Source of the DNA: a virus
Taxonomy: Duplodnaviria; Caudoviricetes
IMG/VR virus record: IMGVR_UViG_3300033141_001667
Location: 1-56,815 of that record
Strand: one strand, 5' to 3'
DNA length: 56,815 nt
This document shows, piece by piece, positions 45,229-55,256 of the stretch. Position 1 is the first letter of the stretch. Every line of letters starts with the position of its first letter. The position numbers were made by a program, and so were the translations under genes. The notes under the pieces were generated by a model. It did no database searches. It saw only the letters and a list, made by a program, of their open reading frames with translations, and was not told where the DNA came from.

Positions 45229-45969
45229 TTATTCCTCCTCTTGTGTTTTTTCAAATAGTTTCGCCAGCTCGGCATATCCGTAACTGCAACTACCAATTTT
45301 TGCTAACAATGGATTACGAGATCCAGCCTCAACCGATGGAACTGGTTTGAAGATCATTTCTCGCTCTCCGTCTTCTTTCTGCGCAATATAAATAATGTTC
45401 TCTACTGCTGCCTGGGCGAATCTGCCCAACTTTCCTGGCAGATCAATTGTATGTCCGACTACAATATCGTCTACAATTGCCCACTTGGAATGAGCAAGAA
45501 TTAGTAGCGATACCGGCAATGTCGAGAATCCTTTGATAACAGATAGTACAGTAGTTCTAGAAGTCCCCCAATCCTGACCGAATGGTGCTTGCCCCATTTC
45601 GCTTATGTTTAAATCTGCCTTAGTGTCTGCTTCTGCAAACTCATTAACTACATCGATTACATCAATCGCAATGGTGTCAAATGGTCTCTTGCCACTATTG
45701 TATTCTTTTGTAAGTAATGCGGCTAATTTCCGGAGGTCATTAATGCTCTTAATGGGAAAATCAGAATCTTCTGGCCCAACAACATACGCCCCCTCAACAT
45801 ATCTTGCTCCATTCGGCTCCAGCTCAATGATAAGAGTGTTTGGCCATTGACTGGCAAAGTCTGTTTTGCCAATTTTGGGTGCGCCAAAAATTAACCACGA
45901 AGCATTCTCTGGAAATCCTGTTTCTGGCACATGCATTTCAGTTGGCAAACAAGGTGCTTTCTTCGTCAA
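45229..45969 (-). CDS. AAA_24 / Sak4-like ATPase
   Basis: LIFGAPKIGKT, IIELEPNG, DTIAIDVID, LILAH, EAGSR. Confidence 0.85.
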   Translation of the reverse strand: MTKKAPCLPTEMHVPETGFPENASWLIFGAPKIGKTDFASQWPNTLIIELEPNGARYVEGAYVVGPEDSDFPIKSINDLRKLAALLTKEYNSGKRPFDTIAIDVIDVVNEFAEADTKADLNISEMGQAPFGQDWGTSRTTVLSVIKGFSTLPVSLLILAHSKWAIVDDIVVGHTIDLPGKLGRFAQAAVENIIYIAQKEDGEREMIFKPVPSVEAGSRNPLLAKIGSCSYGYAELAKLFEKTQEEE

Positions 45970-46978
45970 AATCCCCCTCCTTCTCTAATAATTCTTCATG
46001 GGCTTCTCTTATCTCATAGTTAGCCCTCCGACTTAATGTATTATCATTCACACATAGTTCCCTGTAAGCACATCCATAGATTTGACAACTACTAGGATTG
46101 CGCACAATGTCTCTATGTCCTATATCGTGAGCCATCTCCCATAATCTAGATTGGACTTTATCTAAATCATTTTGCGTTTTTACTATAATCACATTCTCAT
46201 AATAAAAGTCAGGCCGCTTTGCAATATCGTCATATATCTTCTTGTAGAATTCTTTTGATGTCATTGGCCTTGTTAGAAGAACCTCTCCCATTTCTTTTCT
46301 CGCTACTTGGCGTGGTTTTTCTTGATCTTTGATCCACACTCTTTCGTGTAGCGTATCAATGACGATCTTTCTGCCAAGTTCATCACGCATTGGAACATCA
46401 TTTGGCTTAATCGTCGGTTTCCTTAGCTGAGAGTATACAATATGCAGGACAGGAAAGTCAAGTTCTTGAGACATTGCCCATAAATAATTTTCCATCTGTA
46501 AGTCTAGCTGCGCCCACTCAGAATCTAATCCTTTAGACCCTGTCTTGAAATCCCACAGATATATGTTGTCATACTCATCTTCTGTGATCAGATCAATTTT
46601 ACCAGAAAACATATACCGGGGCCACTTTCTTCCGCAAGGAGTAATAAGCGGAACGCTAAATTCATATTCGCAAGCGACTACAACATGGCCAAGTTTTTCT
46701 AAATATCCCTGATTTAAATATCCTTCAACCATTGCCTCTGCCATTGCTTTGCGATATGCTTCCTCTGCTTCGAACTCTGGATCTTGATACCCCTCAAATA
46801 AGTCAATAGCCTTCAACCAATCTTTGTCGGTATAAGCAGCCTCAAGGGCTTTATGAACAAGGGAGCCAAAAGTAAGGGCATCTTGTTTCTTTATAGGAAC
46901 AAGTAGTTGATTATAACGGAACCACCATTTCTTGCGGCATGTTAACCACTGTCTAATTTCGGATGATGTTATTCTCAT
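45938..46978 (-). CDS. PD-(D/E)XK (RecB/Cas4-like) exonuclease
   Basis: CRKKWWFRY, FGSLVH, EYEF, GKIDL, WDFKT, QMENY, C..YGCAYRELC. Confidence 0.88.
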   Translation of the reverse strand: MRITSSEIRQWLTCRKKWWFRYNQLLVPIKKQDALTFGSLVHKALEAAYTDKDWLKAIDLFEGYQDPEFEAEEAYRKAMAEAMVEGYLNQGYLEKLGHVVVACEYEFSVPLITPCGRKWPRYMFSGKIDLITEDEYDNIYLWDFKTGSKGLDSEWAQLDLQMENYLWAMSQELDFPVLHIVYSQLRKPTIKPNDVPMRDELGRKIVIDTLHERVWIKDQEKPRQVARKEMGEVLLTRPMTSKEFYKKIYDDIAKRPDFYYENVIIVKTQNDLDKVQSRLWEMAHDIGHRDIVRNPSSCQIYGCAYRELCVNDNTLSRRANYEIREAHEELLEKEGDFDEESTLFAN

Positions 46979-47154
46979 ATCTCTTTCCCGCAAACGCTAC
47001 ATCGCCATCCGGATTTGTTATCATTTTCTCTAAGATTAAATACTCGTTTTCCTCTGCCATGAATCTTATCCTGTGTATGTTTTTGATTAGAACACACGGG
47101 GCATCGCATTACTTTTGCGTGGCTTTTTTTAATGGTGATTATATTATCCTTCAT
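46975..47154 (-). CDS. 59 aa zinc-finger protein
   Basis: CPVC..HTQDKIHGRGKRVFN...WRCSVCG; ATGA-coupled; not in the ORF track. Confidence 0.7.
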   Translation of the reverse strand: MKDNIITIKKSHAKVMRCPVCSNQKHTQDKIHGRGKRVFNLRENDNKSGWRCSVCGKEI

Positions 47155-47262
47155 TTATCTCTCCCCAGATAGGCGCTGACAGCCCTACTGTCCATCTTAC
47201 TTCCAACGCCCCATATCCTGTGTGTCTGCAATTTTCCACGTAACAGCCATCTAAACATCACA

Positions 47263-47325
47263 AGTATAACCGATCTTACGGTAAAAGTCAAGATCCTTGA
47301 CAAAATGTTCTCAATGGTGTATACT
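47263..47325. promoter_or_regulatory. back-to-back divergent promoters (- TTGACT-N17-TATACT; + TTGACA-N17-TATACT)
   Basis: The -35 boxes form the palindrome GTCAAG-ATC-CTTGAC at the strand switch. Confidence 0.8.
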
Positions 47326-47331
47326 TGCCAT

Positions 47332-48210
47332 ATGTCTACAAAACCAGAGTGGTCAATTATTCCACCAAGTATTCTCAAAAACGCACGGCTAACACCGATG
47401 CAAAAAATCATTGCCGGTAAGATTATTGAACTTGCCGATGCTGACGGCATTTGTATTGCAACTAATGATGAGTTAGCAGAAAAGATTGGTGTCCCAACAC
47501 ATACAATAGATCATGCTACAAATCAAATCTTCAATAATTGCAGGATCAAACGGGTGTTTTCTGGGCCACGAAAATTAGGACGAGAACTACGCATACCTGC
47601 TGTTTTAAGGCCCAGTACTTCAGAATTCGAATCAGTATATATTACTTATATAGAGAATAAAAACAAAAGACATAATACTAAAGACCCAGTTATAGAGAAG
47701 AAAAGAAGGGCTGCCGAAGAAATTAAAGAAACGATTCTTAATCATCTGAATACCGGCCTTGGGCTTGAGGGTGCCTGTAAGTTTAGGAGTATCTCTCCTG
47801 CTCCAGCTAGAATGGCAGATGGCGCGACATTAGCTGATCTGTTGCTTGTGATAGATCATAAGATTGAAGAATGGGCTGGTAACGATGCTATGGAATCATA
47901 TATTCAACCGTCTACATTATTTGGAATTGAGAAATTTCCGAGGTATCTTCGTGCTGCCCTCAAATGGGAATCCAATGGTAGGCCGACTATATCTAACGGA
48001 AAAAGTAATGCCAGTGTTGAGATCAAGGAAGAGATACAAGGACAGATAGACAGGCTTCGCGCCCAATGGGATGCCTATGTGGTTGAAGAGGATTTTATTA
48101 GAAACAATGGGGTTACAACTGATATGGCCAGGTTGGGCGAGATAACCAAAGAAAAGAATCTGATTGAGGAAAAAGCGAAAAGATTAAAAGAGAGGCTTAA
48201 AGCAATATGA
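47332..48210 (+). CDS. replication initiator (N-terminal HTH plus Phg_2220_C-like domain)
   Basis: WSIIPPSILKNARLT; ILNHLN..G..FR, VIDHKIEEW....MESYIQPSTLFG..KF..YL. Confidence 0.85.
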   Translation: MSTKPEWSIIPPSILKNARLTPMQKIIAGKIIELADADGICIATNDELAEKIGVPTHTIDHATNQIFNNCRIKRVFSGPRKLGRELRIPAVLRPSTSEFESVYITYIENKNKRHNTKDPVIEKKRRAAEEIKETILNHLNTGLGLEGACKFRSISPAPARMADGATLADLLLVIDHKIEEWAGNDAMESYIQPSTLFGIEKFPRYLRAALKWESNGRPTISNGKSNASVEIKEEIQGQIDRLRAQWDAYVVEEDFIRNNGVTTDMARLGEITKEKNLIEEKAKRLKERLKAI

Positions 48211-48638
48211 CGGCGCGAGTACTCGGCATAGCCCAAGAAGTTCTAAATTCCGGTGAAGGCAAAAATGAATGGGTTAGTTCAAATGCTGCCAAGATTCTTC
48301 TAGGACTTACTGGCGGGAGGGAATTCTATAATGCGGCAGAAAAATATGGGTGGACTAAGAAATATATTAATAGTGAGGGACGCAGAAGTAGGCCGCAAGT
48401 ATTTTACAAATATTCCGATCTTGAGTCTTATGCCAATGAGACTGGAATTGAGATCGGTGCGTATATGAGGGGGTGGCTTGAGATGATTGTATGGGCTGAT
48501 TCTCTCACTTCAATGCCAACAATCTTTGAGATCGAGGACCATGTTGTGGCCCCGTATACGGTTCAAAGCCTACAAGGGTTAATAGAAACTAGGCAGTATA
48601 GGGGGCTGCCTAGTTTAGAGGCGGGACGAGATGAATAA
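48207..48638 (+). CDS. hypothetical protein (possible HTH)
   Basis: ATGA-coupled; WVSSNAAKILLG...YKYSDL. Confidence 0.6.
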   Translation: MTARVLGIAQEVLNSGEGKNEWVSSNAAKILLGLTGGREFYNAAEKYGWTKKYINSEGRRSRPQVFYKYSDLESYANETGIEIGAYMRGWLEMIVWADSLTSMPTIFEIEDHVVAPYTVQSLQGLIETRQYRGLPSLEAGRDE

Positions 48639-48726
48639 AGCTGAATGTGCGTTTCTTTCAATGGTGTAGAAAAGGAATTCACATTAAAGGAGTTTGCTGG
48701 GTTGCTGGAATTCAAGGAGGCGTGAA

Positions 48727-48945
48727 ATGGGTGTTATGGAATGTTCCAGAAAGGGCTGCGAGAACATACTGTGTGGCATGTACTCCTCTGAGTATGGCTA
48801 CATTTGCGGCGAGTGCTTTGAGGAACTCGTGAAGTTGGGGCCATCTTCAGATATCGGCGCATTTATGGCTCGTGCGAAGGAGCCTGATTTTGGGATTGAC
48901 TTGGAGGAACTTGCAAGGAAGAGGCTGGATGCGATCTTCAGATGA
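48727..48945 (+). CDS. small Cys-rich protein
   Basis: AAGGAGG RBS; MGVMECSRKGCENILC...GYICGEC. Confidence 0.65.
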   Translation: MGVMECSRKGCENILCGMYSSEYGYICGECFEELVKLGPSSDIGAFMARAKEPDFGIDLEELARKRLDAIFR

Positions 48946-49364
48946 ACAAAGCTGAGTGGGATATGATGGACGAGTATGAGAAGAACGAAACTGTTTGGAG
49001 TTACTTCCCAGATATAGCGCTAGATTCTGAGGATTGGGTATTGTCAACAGATGGGGGTGAAAGCGGCTTCAGTTTCTTCGATACTAAGGAAGAGGCAGAT
49101 GCCGCGCTTGTGGACTACAAAAAGCGTGAGAATCTCGAAGAAGCAACAGTGGAACATTGGCGTCATTACAAAGAATTTACCACAGACCGCAATGCATGTG
49201 CTTTGGTGCTGGATGAGATTGAGAAGAGGGATCTGATTGATCGATTTATAGATGAAGTGCGCAAAGCGCGTGATGACCTACCCCTATCTCCATGGATTGG
49301 TATGCGCACCGATCCCGACACAATCTGCTATTGCGCTCTCAAGGCGGTGGAAAATGGGCGGTAA
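48942..49364 (+). CDS. hypothetical phage protein
   Basis: FTTDRNACALVL...ICYCALKAV. Confidence 0.65.
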   Translation: MNKAEWDMMDEYEKNETVWSYFPDIALDSEDWVLSTDGGESGFSFFDTKEEADAALVDYKKRENLEEATVEHWRHYKEFTTDRNACALVLDEIEKRDLIDRFIDEVRKARDDLPLSPWIGMRTDPDTICYCALKAVENGR

Positions 49365-49590
49365 TCTAGCAAGGATTTTAGCTCCTTCTTTGCTTCTTGT
49401 AGAGGAACGAAAGGCAATGGAGCGATCTATGAAATTTCATAGGGACTGGCTAGCGGCATTTCAATCTGATGTTGGGATATATGCTGTAGGAGCATTAATA
49501 GAAGATCTTTGTCTAAGATTGGACGTATGCCAGCAAAAACTCAAGATAGAGCAGGAGAAAAATGATTCCAATAATCGAATTCCATGGTAG
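49354..49590 (+). CDS. hypothetical protein
   Basis: Overlaps both neighbours in the operon. Confidence 0.5.
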   Translation: MGGNLARILAPSLLLVEERKAMERSMKFHRDWLAAFQSDVGIYAVGALIEDLCLRLDVCQQKLKIEQEKNDSNNRIPW

Positions 49591-50674
49591 AACTGCAGTT
49601 GGCCCGCATCTTAAAAAAGACGGGGAACTTTCTGCGCCGCTCGAAGATTATTTCGTTAAACCGATTCGAGTTTGGTTTGCTGGTAAAATAGCAGAGAAAC
49701 CATTATGGGTTGATGATGATGATCCGACACCATTTATTAACTGGTGGTTTGAGCAAGAAAGAGAGACACTAAGAGATGTTATTCTCCATTTCTTTGATTA
49801 TAAATGTATGCTCTCTAGCGGCCCAGTGGAAACTGGTGAAGTTCACGAACTTTACACTCGTGGAGCAGCAAGCAATGAGAGGGCATTAGTCCCATGGAAT
49901 ATGATTCCTGCCTCACGAGAGAAGCATGACTTATTGCAACAAATGCTTTGGAAAGTTTATCACTATGACCCACTAGATAGAGAGAGCGGGTTAATTTGCT
50001 TCGATACAACTACTCATCGCACTCCAGACGAATCACTTTACTTCTATACTCGCCCCGATCATGAAGCTGTTGCAGATGCACATGCTCGTAGGAAAATGGT
50101 GCTCGAATGGGCTAAGAAAAGAATTCAAGCAGATTGGGAAATAGCTCCCATTCTAGCACAGATGAGACTTGAAAAAGACTATAAGGTGCTTGGAGATCCA
50201 TCACATAAGGCGATGTTATCTGGTATGCAGAATGATGAAGATGATGATAAGCATTTCTATGTCGATACTGGTCTATGCAACTCACTAGAAAAAGCGATCA
50301 CTCTAGCTATCGAAGCAGAAGCCATTGAAGATGCTATTTTCTTGTCTCCGCCGACTGCTGTTAAGATTATGAAGCGCATTAAGGATAGAAACGAGATGCT
50401 TCTATTTATGCGGAAGGTATCATATCTTAGCAAAATGGATTTCAATAAGGAATGGGAACCGTATAAAAATGCTAATAATGGAAAGGAACATATCAGAGAC
50501 GCTATTGAAGCTGTGTGTGATTGTGGCAATGCGTCACTAAAAGTTCACAGACATATTCTTGAAGATGCCGATGATCAATTTGGAATGAACGCTCAATTCG
50601 TTATCGATGACGGCGATCCCGTTCATACTGATACATCTAAGGTTGAGGTTGTTGTGGATAAAAGGGAGGAGTGA
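49562..50674 (+). CDS. 370 aa protein with a degenerate HNH-like segment
   Basis: RDVILHFFDYKCMLS...EVHELYTRG...VPWNMI...KH; AGGAG RBS. Confidence 0.6.
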   Translation: MIPIIEFHGRTAVGPHLKKDGELSAPLEDYFVKPIRVWFAGKIAEKPLWVDDDDPTPFINWWFEQERETLRDVILHFFDYKCMLSSGPVETGEVHELYTRGAASNERALVPWNMIPASREKHDLLQQMLWKVYHYDPLDRESGLICFDTTTHRTPDESLYFYTRPDHEAVADAHARRKMVLEWAKKRIQADWEIAPILAQMRLEKDYKVLGDPSHKAMLSGMQNDEDDDKHFYVDTGLCNSLEKAITLAIEAEAIEDAIFLSPPTAVKIMKRIKDRNEMLLFMRKVSYLSKMDFNKEWEPYKNANNGKEHIRDAIEAVCDCGNASLKVHRHILEDADDQFGMNAQFVIDDGDPVHTDTSKVEVVVDKREE

Positions 50675-50847
50675 TGGACGCAATGCTGACAGAGCTATAC
50701 AAGCGTGTGTTCGAGACGAAACGAGAAGCAGAGATCGTTGGAAATGGCGAGAATGCCGACCGAAGGCGCGGGATTGCCATTGCCAAGAACAGGCTGCTGT
50801 CCGAATTGATCGACATACGAACCGATCAGATCAGAAACGAGAGGTGA
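50674..50847 (+). CDS. 57 aa hypothetical protein
   Basis: GGAGGAG RBS; MDAMLTELYKRVFETKRE... Confidence 0.55.
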   Translation: MDAMLTELYKRVFETKREAEIVGNGENADRRRGIAIAKNRLLSELIDIRTDQIRNER

Positions 50848-50906
50848 ATCATGACCCGCCCAGAACTCCGCACAGAGATCTAACGGCTAGGGCGACGGGC
50901 TGGGGC

Positions 50907-50972
50907 CTCGCGAGAGGCAGGCGATACTGCGAGATAGCGGTGAATCGTATGAGGCAGGAAGTGCTTTGCTGA
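50907..50972 (+). pseudogene. C-terminal remnant of a DNA methyltransferase
   Basis: RYCEIAVNRMRQEVL resembles the typical beta-class MTase C-terminus. Confidence 0.45.
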
Positions 50973-51316
50973 GGAGGTGTGACGTGATCGTTGTTTCTTC
51001 ACGTGTCTACGATCTTGTTAAGGAAATCGAACTACAGCATCCTGATTGGCCTGAAATCGATGTTCTGATTGAGGCGTATCGTCGGGACGCGCCCGAGCGC
51101 AAGAAGGAATCGGATTTATTCTGGGGAAAGGCAGCAATAAGGGAGTGCGGATGCCCGGAGAATCGAAAACCAGCAAGCGCAGATTGAAGGTCCGCGAGCG
51201 ATGGCTTGAGGTGCTTGAGCTGCGTAAGGAAGGCAAGACATTCGAGGCGATTGCCGTAAGTGCGCGGTGAAGCAAGTAGATGGGGCGGCCATAATCGGCG
51301 GGACGATTCGCGTCGA

Positions 51317-51681
51317 TGACGGCTGAAACTTCATTCTAGATGCTTGATAAGGAGGCAACATGAACGCGGTTGACGCATTGATAAGCATGGAAGACGCATA
51401 CGACTTAACGGTTGAGATACGCGCCGAGCAGTGGGCGAGATGGTGTACTGAACTTGAGCAGAGAAAAGGACGGCTTACACCACTCATTCTTGGCATGACC
51501 GTAGAAGAGCTTGAGATTGTGGCTGATATGTTACATCAAGGAACATTGAAAAAATTAGAGGTGCTTACTGATGGTATTGGAGATGAGAACTCAAGCGATC
51601 CTTATGAGAGAGGGATGGCTGAGGGTGCTAAGTTGGTGGCGGGAAGATTGACGGCTGAAACTTCATCCTAGATGCTTGATA
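51317..51681 (+). repeat. 33-bp direct repeats (51317-51349, 51649-51681; 32/33 identical) flanking gene 51360..51671
   Basis: TGACGGCTGAAACTTCAT(T/C)CTAGATGCTTGATA. Confidence 0.85.
51360..51671 (+). CDS. hypothetical protein
   Basis: AAGGAGG RBS, 103 aa. Confidence 0.65.
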   Translation: MNAVDALISMEDAYDLTVEIRAEQWARWCTELEQRKGRLTPLILGMTVEELEIVADMLHQGTLKKLEVLTDGIGDENSSDPYERGMAEGAKLVAGRLTAETSS

Positions 51682-52243
51682 GGTATAGTGGGATACGCAA
51701 GGAGTGAGTGAAGATGACACCAAGACAGGAAACGACAGCAGTGAGACGAGCACTCATCGAAGTCGGGTTCGATAAGAAAGTGGTCAGTGTTGGGCATGGT
51801 CGCGGTACGGCGGCGGCATGGCTCAGGACGATACGCGGCTCAATGCGTAGCGACACAATTGAATGAGGTGCTAGCATGAGTGACGAGCAATACATCAAGT
51901 TGTTCGAGGAGTTCAACGAATGCGGCTATATCACGTGCCCTGAGTGAGGTGGAACAAGAAGAGCTTAACGAGCTGTGTGCGTTTGAGAAGTGCGTTCGCA
52001 TACGACAGAGAAACATCGAGAGGGTTTTTCGAGGAGATGTGATGAGGGAGCAAATAGCTGATGTATTACAAGATTTTGCGACTGTTTTAATTGAGGAGAT
52101 ATCATGCCTCTATGATCTAGATATCGATGAAGAATGTGCAATTATGGATCGTTTAAATGGAGTAATTCAAGCATTTCGTGATAACGATGCATCCGTATAC
52201 GACAGAGGAACATCAAGAGGAAATATATGTAGAAAAGGGGACG

Positions 52244-52687
52244 ATGAGTAAAAGCGAGCTTGAAATATTATTCATCAATATATTTGATCTTTTTGTAAGA
52301 TCTCACAAGATACCGCCTATTTCATATGAGCGCGAATATCATTTTGCCGCAGAACATGTAGGCACAGGGCCAGGGGTTCGTAACCGGCTTAAAGCTGCCG
52401 GTCTCTGTGATTGGCGTTTCGATTTTGCCTTTCTTTTAGGTGATTCTGGTAACGTTGCTGTAGAAATTGATGGTGGAACACACATGGTTAGATGGTCCCC
52501 AAAACTTAAGAAGCACGTAGTGGTTGGGCATCACTCAAAAAGCGGGGATTATGCCAAGATAAACGCGGCTACACGATTAGGATGGAAAGTTCTTAGATTC
52601 ACTGGAACTATGCTAAAAAAGAACCCAACAAGATGCATGTATGATCTAGCGGCATGTCTTGGATTTGGCTTTGAATCCGAAATGTAG
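52244..52687 (+). CDS. Vsr/DUF559-like endonuclease (possible resolvase)
   Basis: EREYHF...WRFDFAF...VAVEIDGG...DYAKINAA..LGWKVLRFT. Confidence 0.8.
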   Translation: MSKSELEILFINIFDLFVRSHKIPPISYEREYHFAAEHVGTGPGVRNRLKAAGLCDWRFDFAFLLGDSGNVAVEIDGGTHMVRWSPKLKKHVVVGHHSKSGDYAKINAATRLGWKVLRFTGTMLKKNPTRCMYDLAACLGFGFESEM

Positions 52688-52715
52688 TATTATAGAGAGA
52701 TAAAGGGGAGGAGGC

Positions 52716-53057
52716 ATGAAACTAAAGCTAGGAATTCAACGGGTAGATAATATTGTGTTTGGGCGAGTGCTGGAGCAGGATGAGGCGCTACGAAATACTG
52801 GCGAGGATTATAGAGTTCTGGCTGATGGCGGGTCTGTAGTTACAGAGCTTGCATCTTGTGGGAGTCCGGAATTGTCTGATTGGTTCTTGTATGTGCGTGG
52901 TGAAATTACAGAGTTGGATAACGATTGGTTCGCCTGCGCATATGTCAACGAGGCGGATGCCATTCAAGCTGTTATTGACATTAAGATGCTTGTCGCCAAA
53001 GTCAATGGGACATCTCAAGAGAAAATTGAGGACTACGCCCTGGAGATCATTGAATAA
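52716..53057 (+). CDS. hypothetical phage protein
   Basis: GGAGG RBS; upstream TTGGCT-N17-TATTAT. Confidence 0.7.
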   Translation: MKLKLGIQRVDNIVFGRVLEQDEALRNTGEDYRVLADGGSVVTELASCGSPELSDWFLYVRGEITELDNDWFACAYVNEADAIQAVIDIKMLVAKVNGTSQEKIEDYALEIIE

Positions 53058-53067
53058 TGGGGGAGTT

Positions 53068-53850
53068 ATGCAACGAATATTAATCGAGGCAGATTATCAT
53101 TCACATCATCGTGCAGGATTAAATGCGCCTGATTTCTGGATGCCAGAACGTGGTACAAATGGGAAATGGGGGCGAATGCAGCGTGAGTTATGGAACGCTC
53201 GCTGTGATATCCTTGAGAAGATTGGGCCAGTAGATTGCCATGCAATTAATGGAGACGTTATTGATGGGAGAGGAGAGGCGAGCGGATCGACTGAGTTACT
53301 TGCTGATCCATCATGGTTAAATCAGATTGAAAACGCTGAACAAGTAGCCCGCCAAGTTCAATTTAAGGGCAAGCCAAGGATAATTATGAGTCGTGGTACT
53401 AGCTACCATGTGGGAAAACTAGATGATTATGAAGATATGTTGGCCGATCATCTTGGAGCAACGATTAAAGATCATCCATTCTTTACGGTAGATGGCGTCA
53501 CTTTCGATATGAAACATAAGATAGGAAGCAGTTCTATTCCACATGGAAGGGGTACGCCAATAGCCCGTGATCGGCTTTGGAATGTTTTATGGGCAGAAAA
53601 AGGGGAGCAGCCGAAAGCCGATGTTATCATTCGCAGTCATGTTCATTATTATAGCGTTGTTGGCGGCGCTAGATGGGTTGCTATGACGACGCCTGCTCTA
53701 CAGGCTGCGGCAACTAAGTACGGTGGTCGGATTATGTCAGGAACTGTTGATTGGGGTGTAGTTGTTTTTGATGTAGAAGACGGAGAGTTTAGCTGGAAAG
53801 TGTATCTGGTCAACCTTAAATCGAACAAAGTAAAGGCTGTGAAGTTATGA
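53068..53850 (+). CDS. calcineurin-like metallophosphoesterase
   Basis: ADYH, NGDVIDG, GTSYH, KH, RSHVH motifs. Confidence 0.82.
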   Translation: MQRILIEADYHSHHRAGLNAPDFWMPERGTNGKWGRMQRELWNARCDILEKIGPVDCHAINGDVIDGRGEASGSTELLADPSWLNQIENAEQVARQVQFKGKPRIIMSRGTSYHVGKLDDYEDMLADHLGATIKDHPFFTVDGVTFDMKHKIGSSSIPHGRGTPIARDRLWNVLWAEKGEQPKADVIIRSHVHYYSVVGGARWVAMTTPALQAAATKYGGRIMSGTVDWGVVVFDVEDGEFSWKVYLVNLKSNKVKAVKL

Positions 53851-54095
53851 CCGGTATTACTGTGTCCGTTCCCGAAAGCAGTATGGAACCATATCCTTAT
53901 CCTCGTTGGTCCCTGAAAGAAGAGGAGATTTTGCGGCGATGGCATCCTGTTCTTGGAACGAGACAGTGTTCTGATATATGGTCATTGTTGACTGGGCGCG
54001 GACGGTCAGTTGAGCAGATTGACAACAAGACTAGACGCATGGGAATACAAAATAGTGTCCCAGATGATTGGTTAAAGCTATTTGGCGGAGAATAA
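53847..54095 (+). CDS. small HTH/Myb-like protein
   Basis: RWSLKEEEIL...RSVEQIDNKTRRMGI. Confidence 0.6.
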   Translation: MTGITVSVPESSMEPYPYPRWSLKEEEILRRWHPVLGTRQCSDIWSLLTGRGRSVEQIDNKTRRMGIQNSVPDDWLKLFGGE

Positions 54096-54104
54096 CATTT
54101 TAGC

Positions 54105-54133
54105 TTGCCTTTATTGCCTGAATGTGGTATAAT
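54105..54133 (+). promoter_or_regulatory. promoter TTGCCT-N17-TATAAT
   Basis: Preceded by TTTTAGC, as are the TGGACC promoters at 468 and 10315. Confidence 0.65.
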
Positions 54134-54156
54134 AGACATTATACAAATAGAAGGAT

Positions 54157-54384
54157 GTGATTATTACAGTGGAACCACTAACACGAGAAGAACGTATGGA
54201 TCTTTTAGAAGATTGCGTTTGTCCCGTGTGTGGAGTGCGCCATGCTGTCTTTGAAGAAGTTCTCGCTTGTTTGGGGGACCACGACGATGAGGGTTATGAG
54301 ATAGCCAATGATTACTTGCCGAGAGCTATGGAACTCATGTTGCTAGAAGAAGCTAAAGACATACTCGATCATACGGAGGATTAA
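54157..54384 (+). CDS. small acidic zinc-finger protein
   Basis: CPVCG...C...H. Confidence 0.55.
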   Translation: MIITVEPLTREERMDLLEDCVCPVCGVRHAVFEEVLACLGDHDDEGYEIANDYLPRAMELMLLEEAKDILDHTED

Positions 54385-54390
54385 TTACGA

Positions 54391-54633
54391 ATGGCGGATA
54401 GCCATGGCCATGATTTGTGGGAAAAACTCAGAGATGTTCCCGCGTTAAGATTTCAATTGATTGAGTTGGCCCAAGCAAGATCTGCCAATGAGCTACTAGT
54501 TGAATTATGTTTTGGCGATATCGAGGAATTATCTTTGTTTGTTCGAGGTCCGTTAGAGCGCCGCCTTAGAAAAGTCGTTGGTTTCGATGGAGTAAAATAT
54601 ATTCGCCGGGAGTGTGGGAGACTGGGGATATAG
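54391..54633 (+). CDS. hypothetical protein
   Basis: GGAGG RBS. Confidence 0.6.
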   Translation: MADSHGHDLWEKLRDVPALRFQLIELAQARSANELLVELCFGDIEELSLFVRGPLERRLRKVVGFDGVKYIRRECGRLGI

Positions 54634-54642
54634 GGGGTCGGA

Positions 54643-54834
54643 TTGAATAAAGAAAAGAGTTCTGATTGTATAGACAATCTAAGCGGCATTGCAAATAACT
54701 TACATGCAGCAGTAGATGAAGTAGAGGATTTGGAGGGAAGACACCCAAGTTATCTCGGTGGATTTTTGAGGGCGGCAAGAAGATTGGTGTTGTACGTTGT
54801 GGATGTTTTGAAAAAAAGATTACAAGGGGGATAG
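54643..54834 (+). CDS. hypothetical protein
   Basis: AGGGGG RBS, TTG start. Confidence 0.5.
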   Translation: MNKEKSSDCIDNLSGIANNLHAAVDEVEDLEGRHPSYLGGFLRAARRLVLYVVDVLKKRLQGG

Positions 54835-54835
54835 G

Positions 54836-55051
54836 ATGACAGATAAAGTTAAGGATTTCGTAATCAAGGGAATTGTGAGAGGAATTACACTAGTAACAAT
54901 GTGGCTCGCTAATTGTGTATTGGGATGGAAGATTCTTGAGCGATCAAGCGTATGGGCCGTATTTGCTGTTATCACTATGGTTGTATTCTGCGGGCTGATT
55001 ACATTCGCAGTTACTAATACTGTTGTGGCAACGTCCACCAAGAAGAAATAA
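54836..55051 (+). CDS. small two-TM membrane protein
   Basis: Two hydrophobic segments and a basic tail. Confidence 0.6.
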   Translation: MTDKVKDFVIKGIVRGITLVTMWLANCVLGWKILERSSVWAVFAVITMVVFCGLITFAVTNTVVATSTKKK

Positions 55052-55052
55052 A

Positions 55053-55256
55053 ATGGCTAATAATCGCTGGCATAAAGGAAATAAACCCACTCGCATGGAA
55101 GAATATCTTCATCAATGTCGTTTGAATGAATCATATGAACTTATCATGGATTGGATAGGAAATGGTCTTATCATTTCGCCAGACAGCAGAACGATAGACA
55201 GGATGACGGAAGAGATGAGAGATTTGATGGAAACAGGAGCGGCTAAGAAGATATAA
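55053..55256 (+). CDS. hypothetical protein
   Basis: MANNRWHKG..., last rightward gene. Confidence 0.5.
   Translation: MANNRWHKGNKPTRMEEYLHQCRLNESYELIMDWIGNGLIISPDSRTIDRMTEEMRDLMETGAAKKI

Noticed and set aside
45938-46978. Cas4 as part of a CRISPR system
   Set aside because: The context is a standard phage exonuclease-ATPase-SSB module with no cas genes or array.
47620-47710. Iteron origin within the replication initiator gene
   Set aside because: An A-rich linker is present, but no convincing direct repeats.
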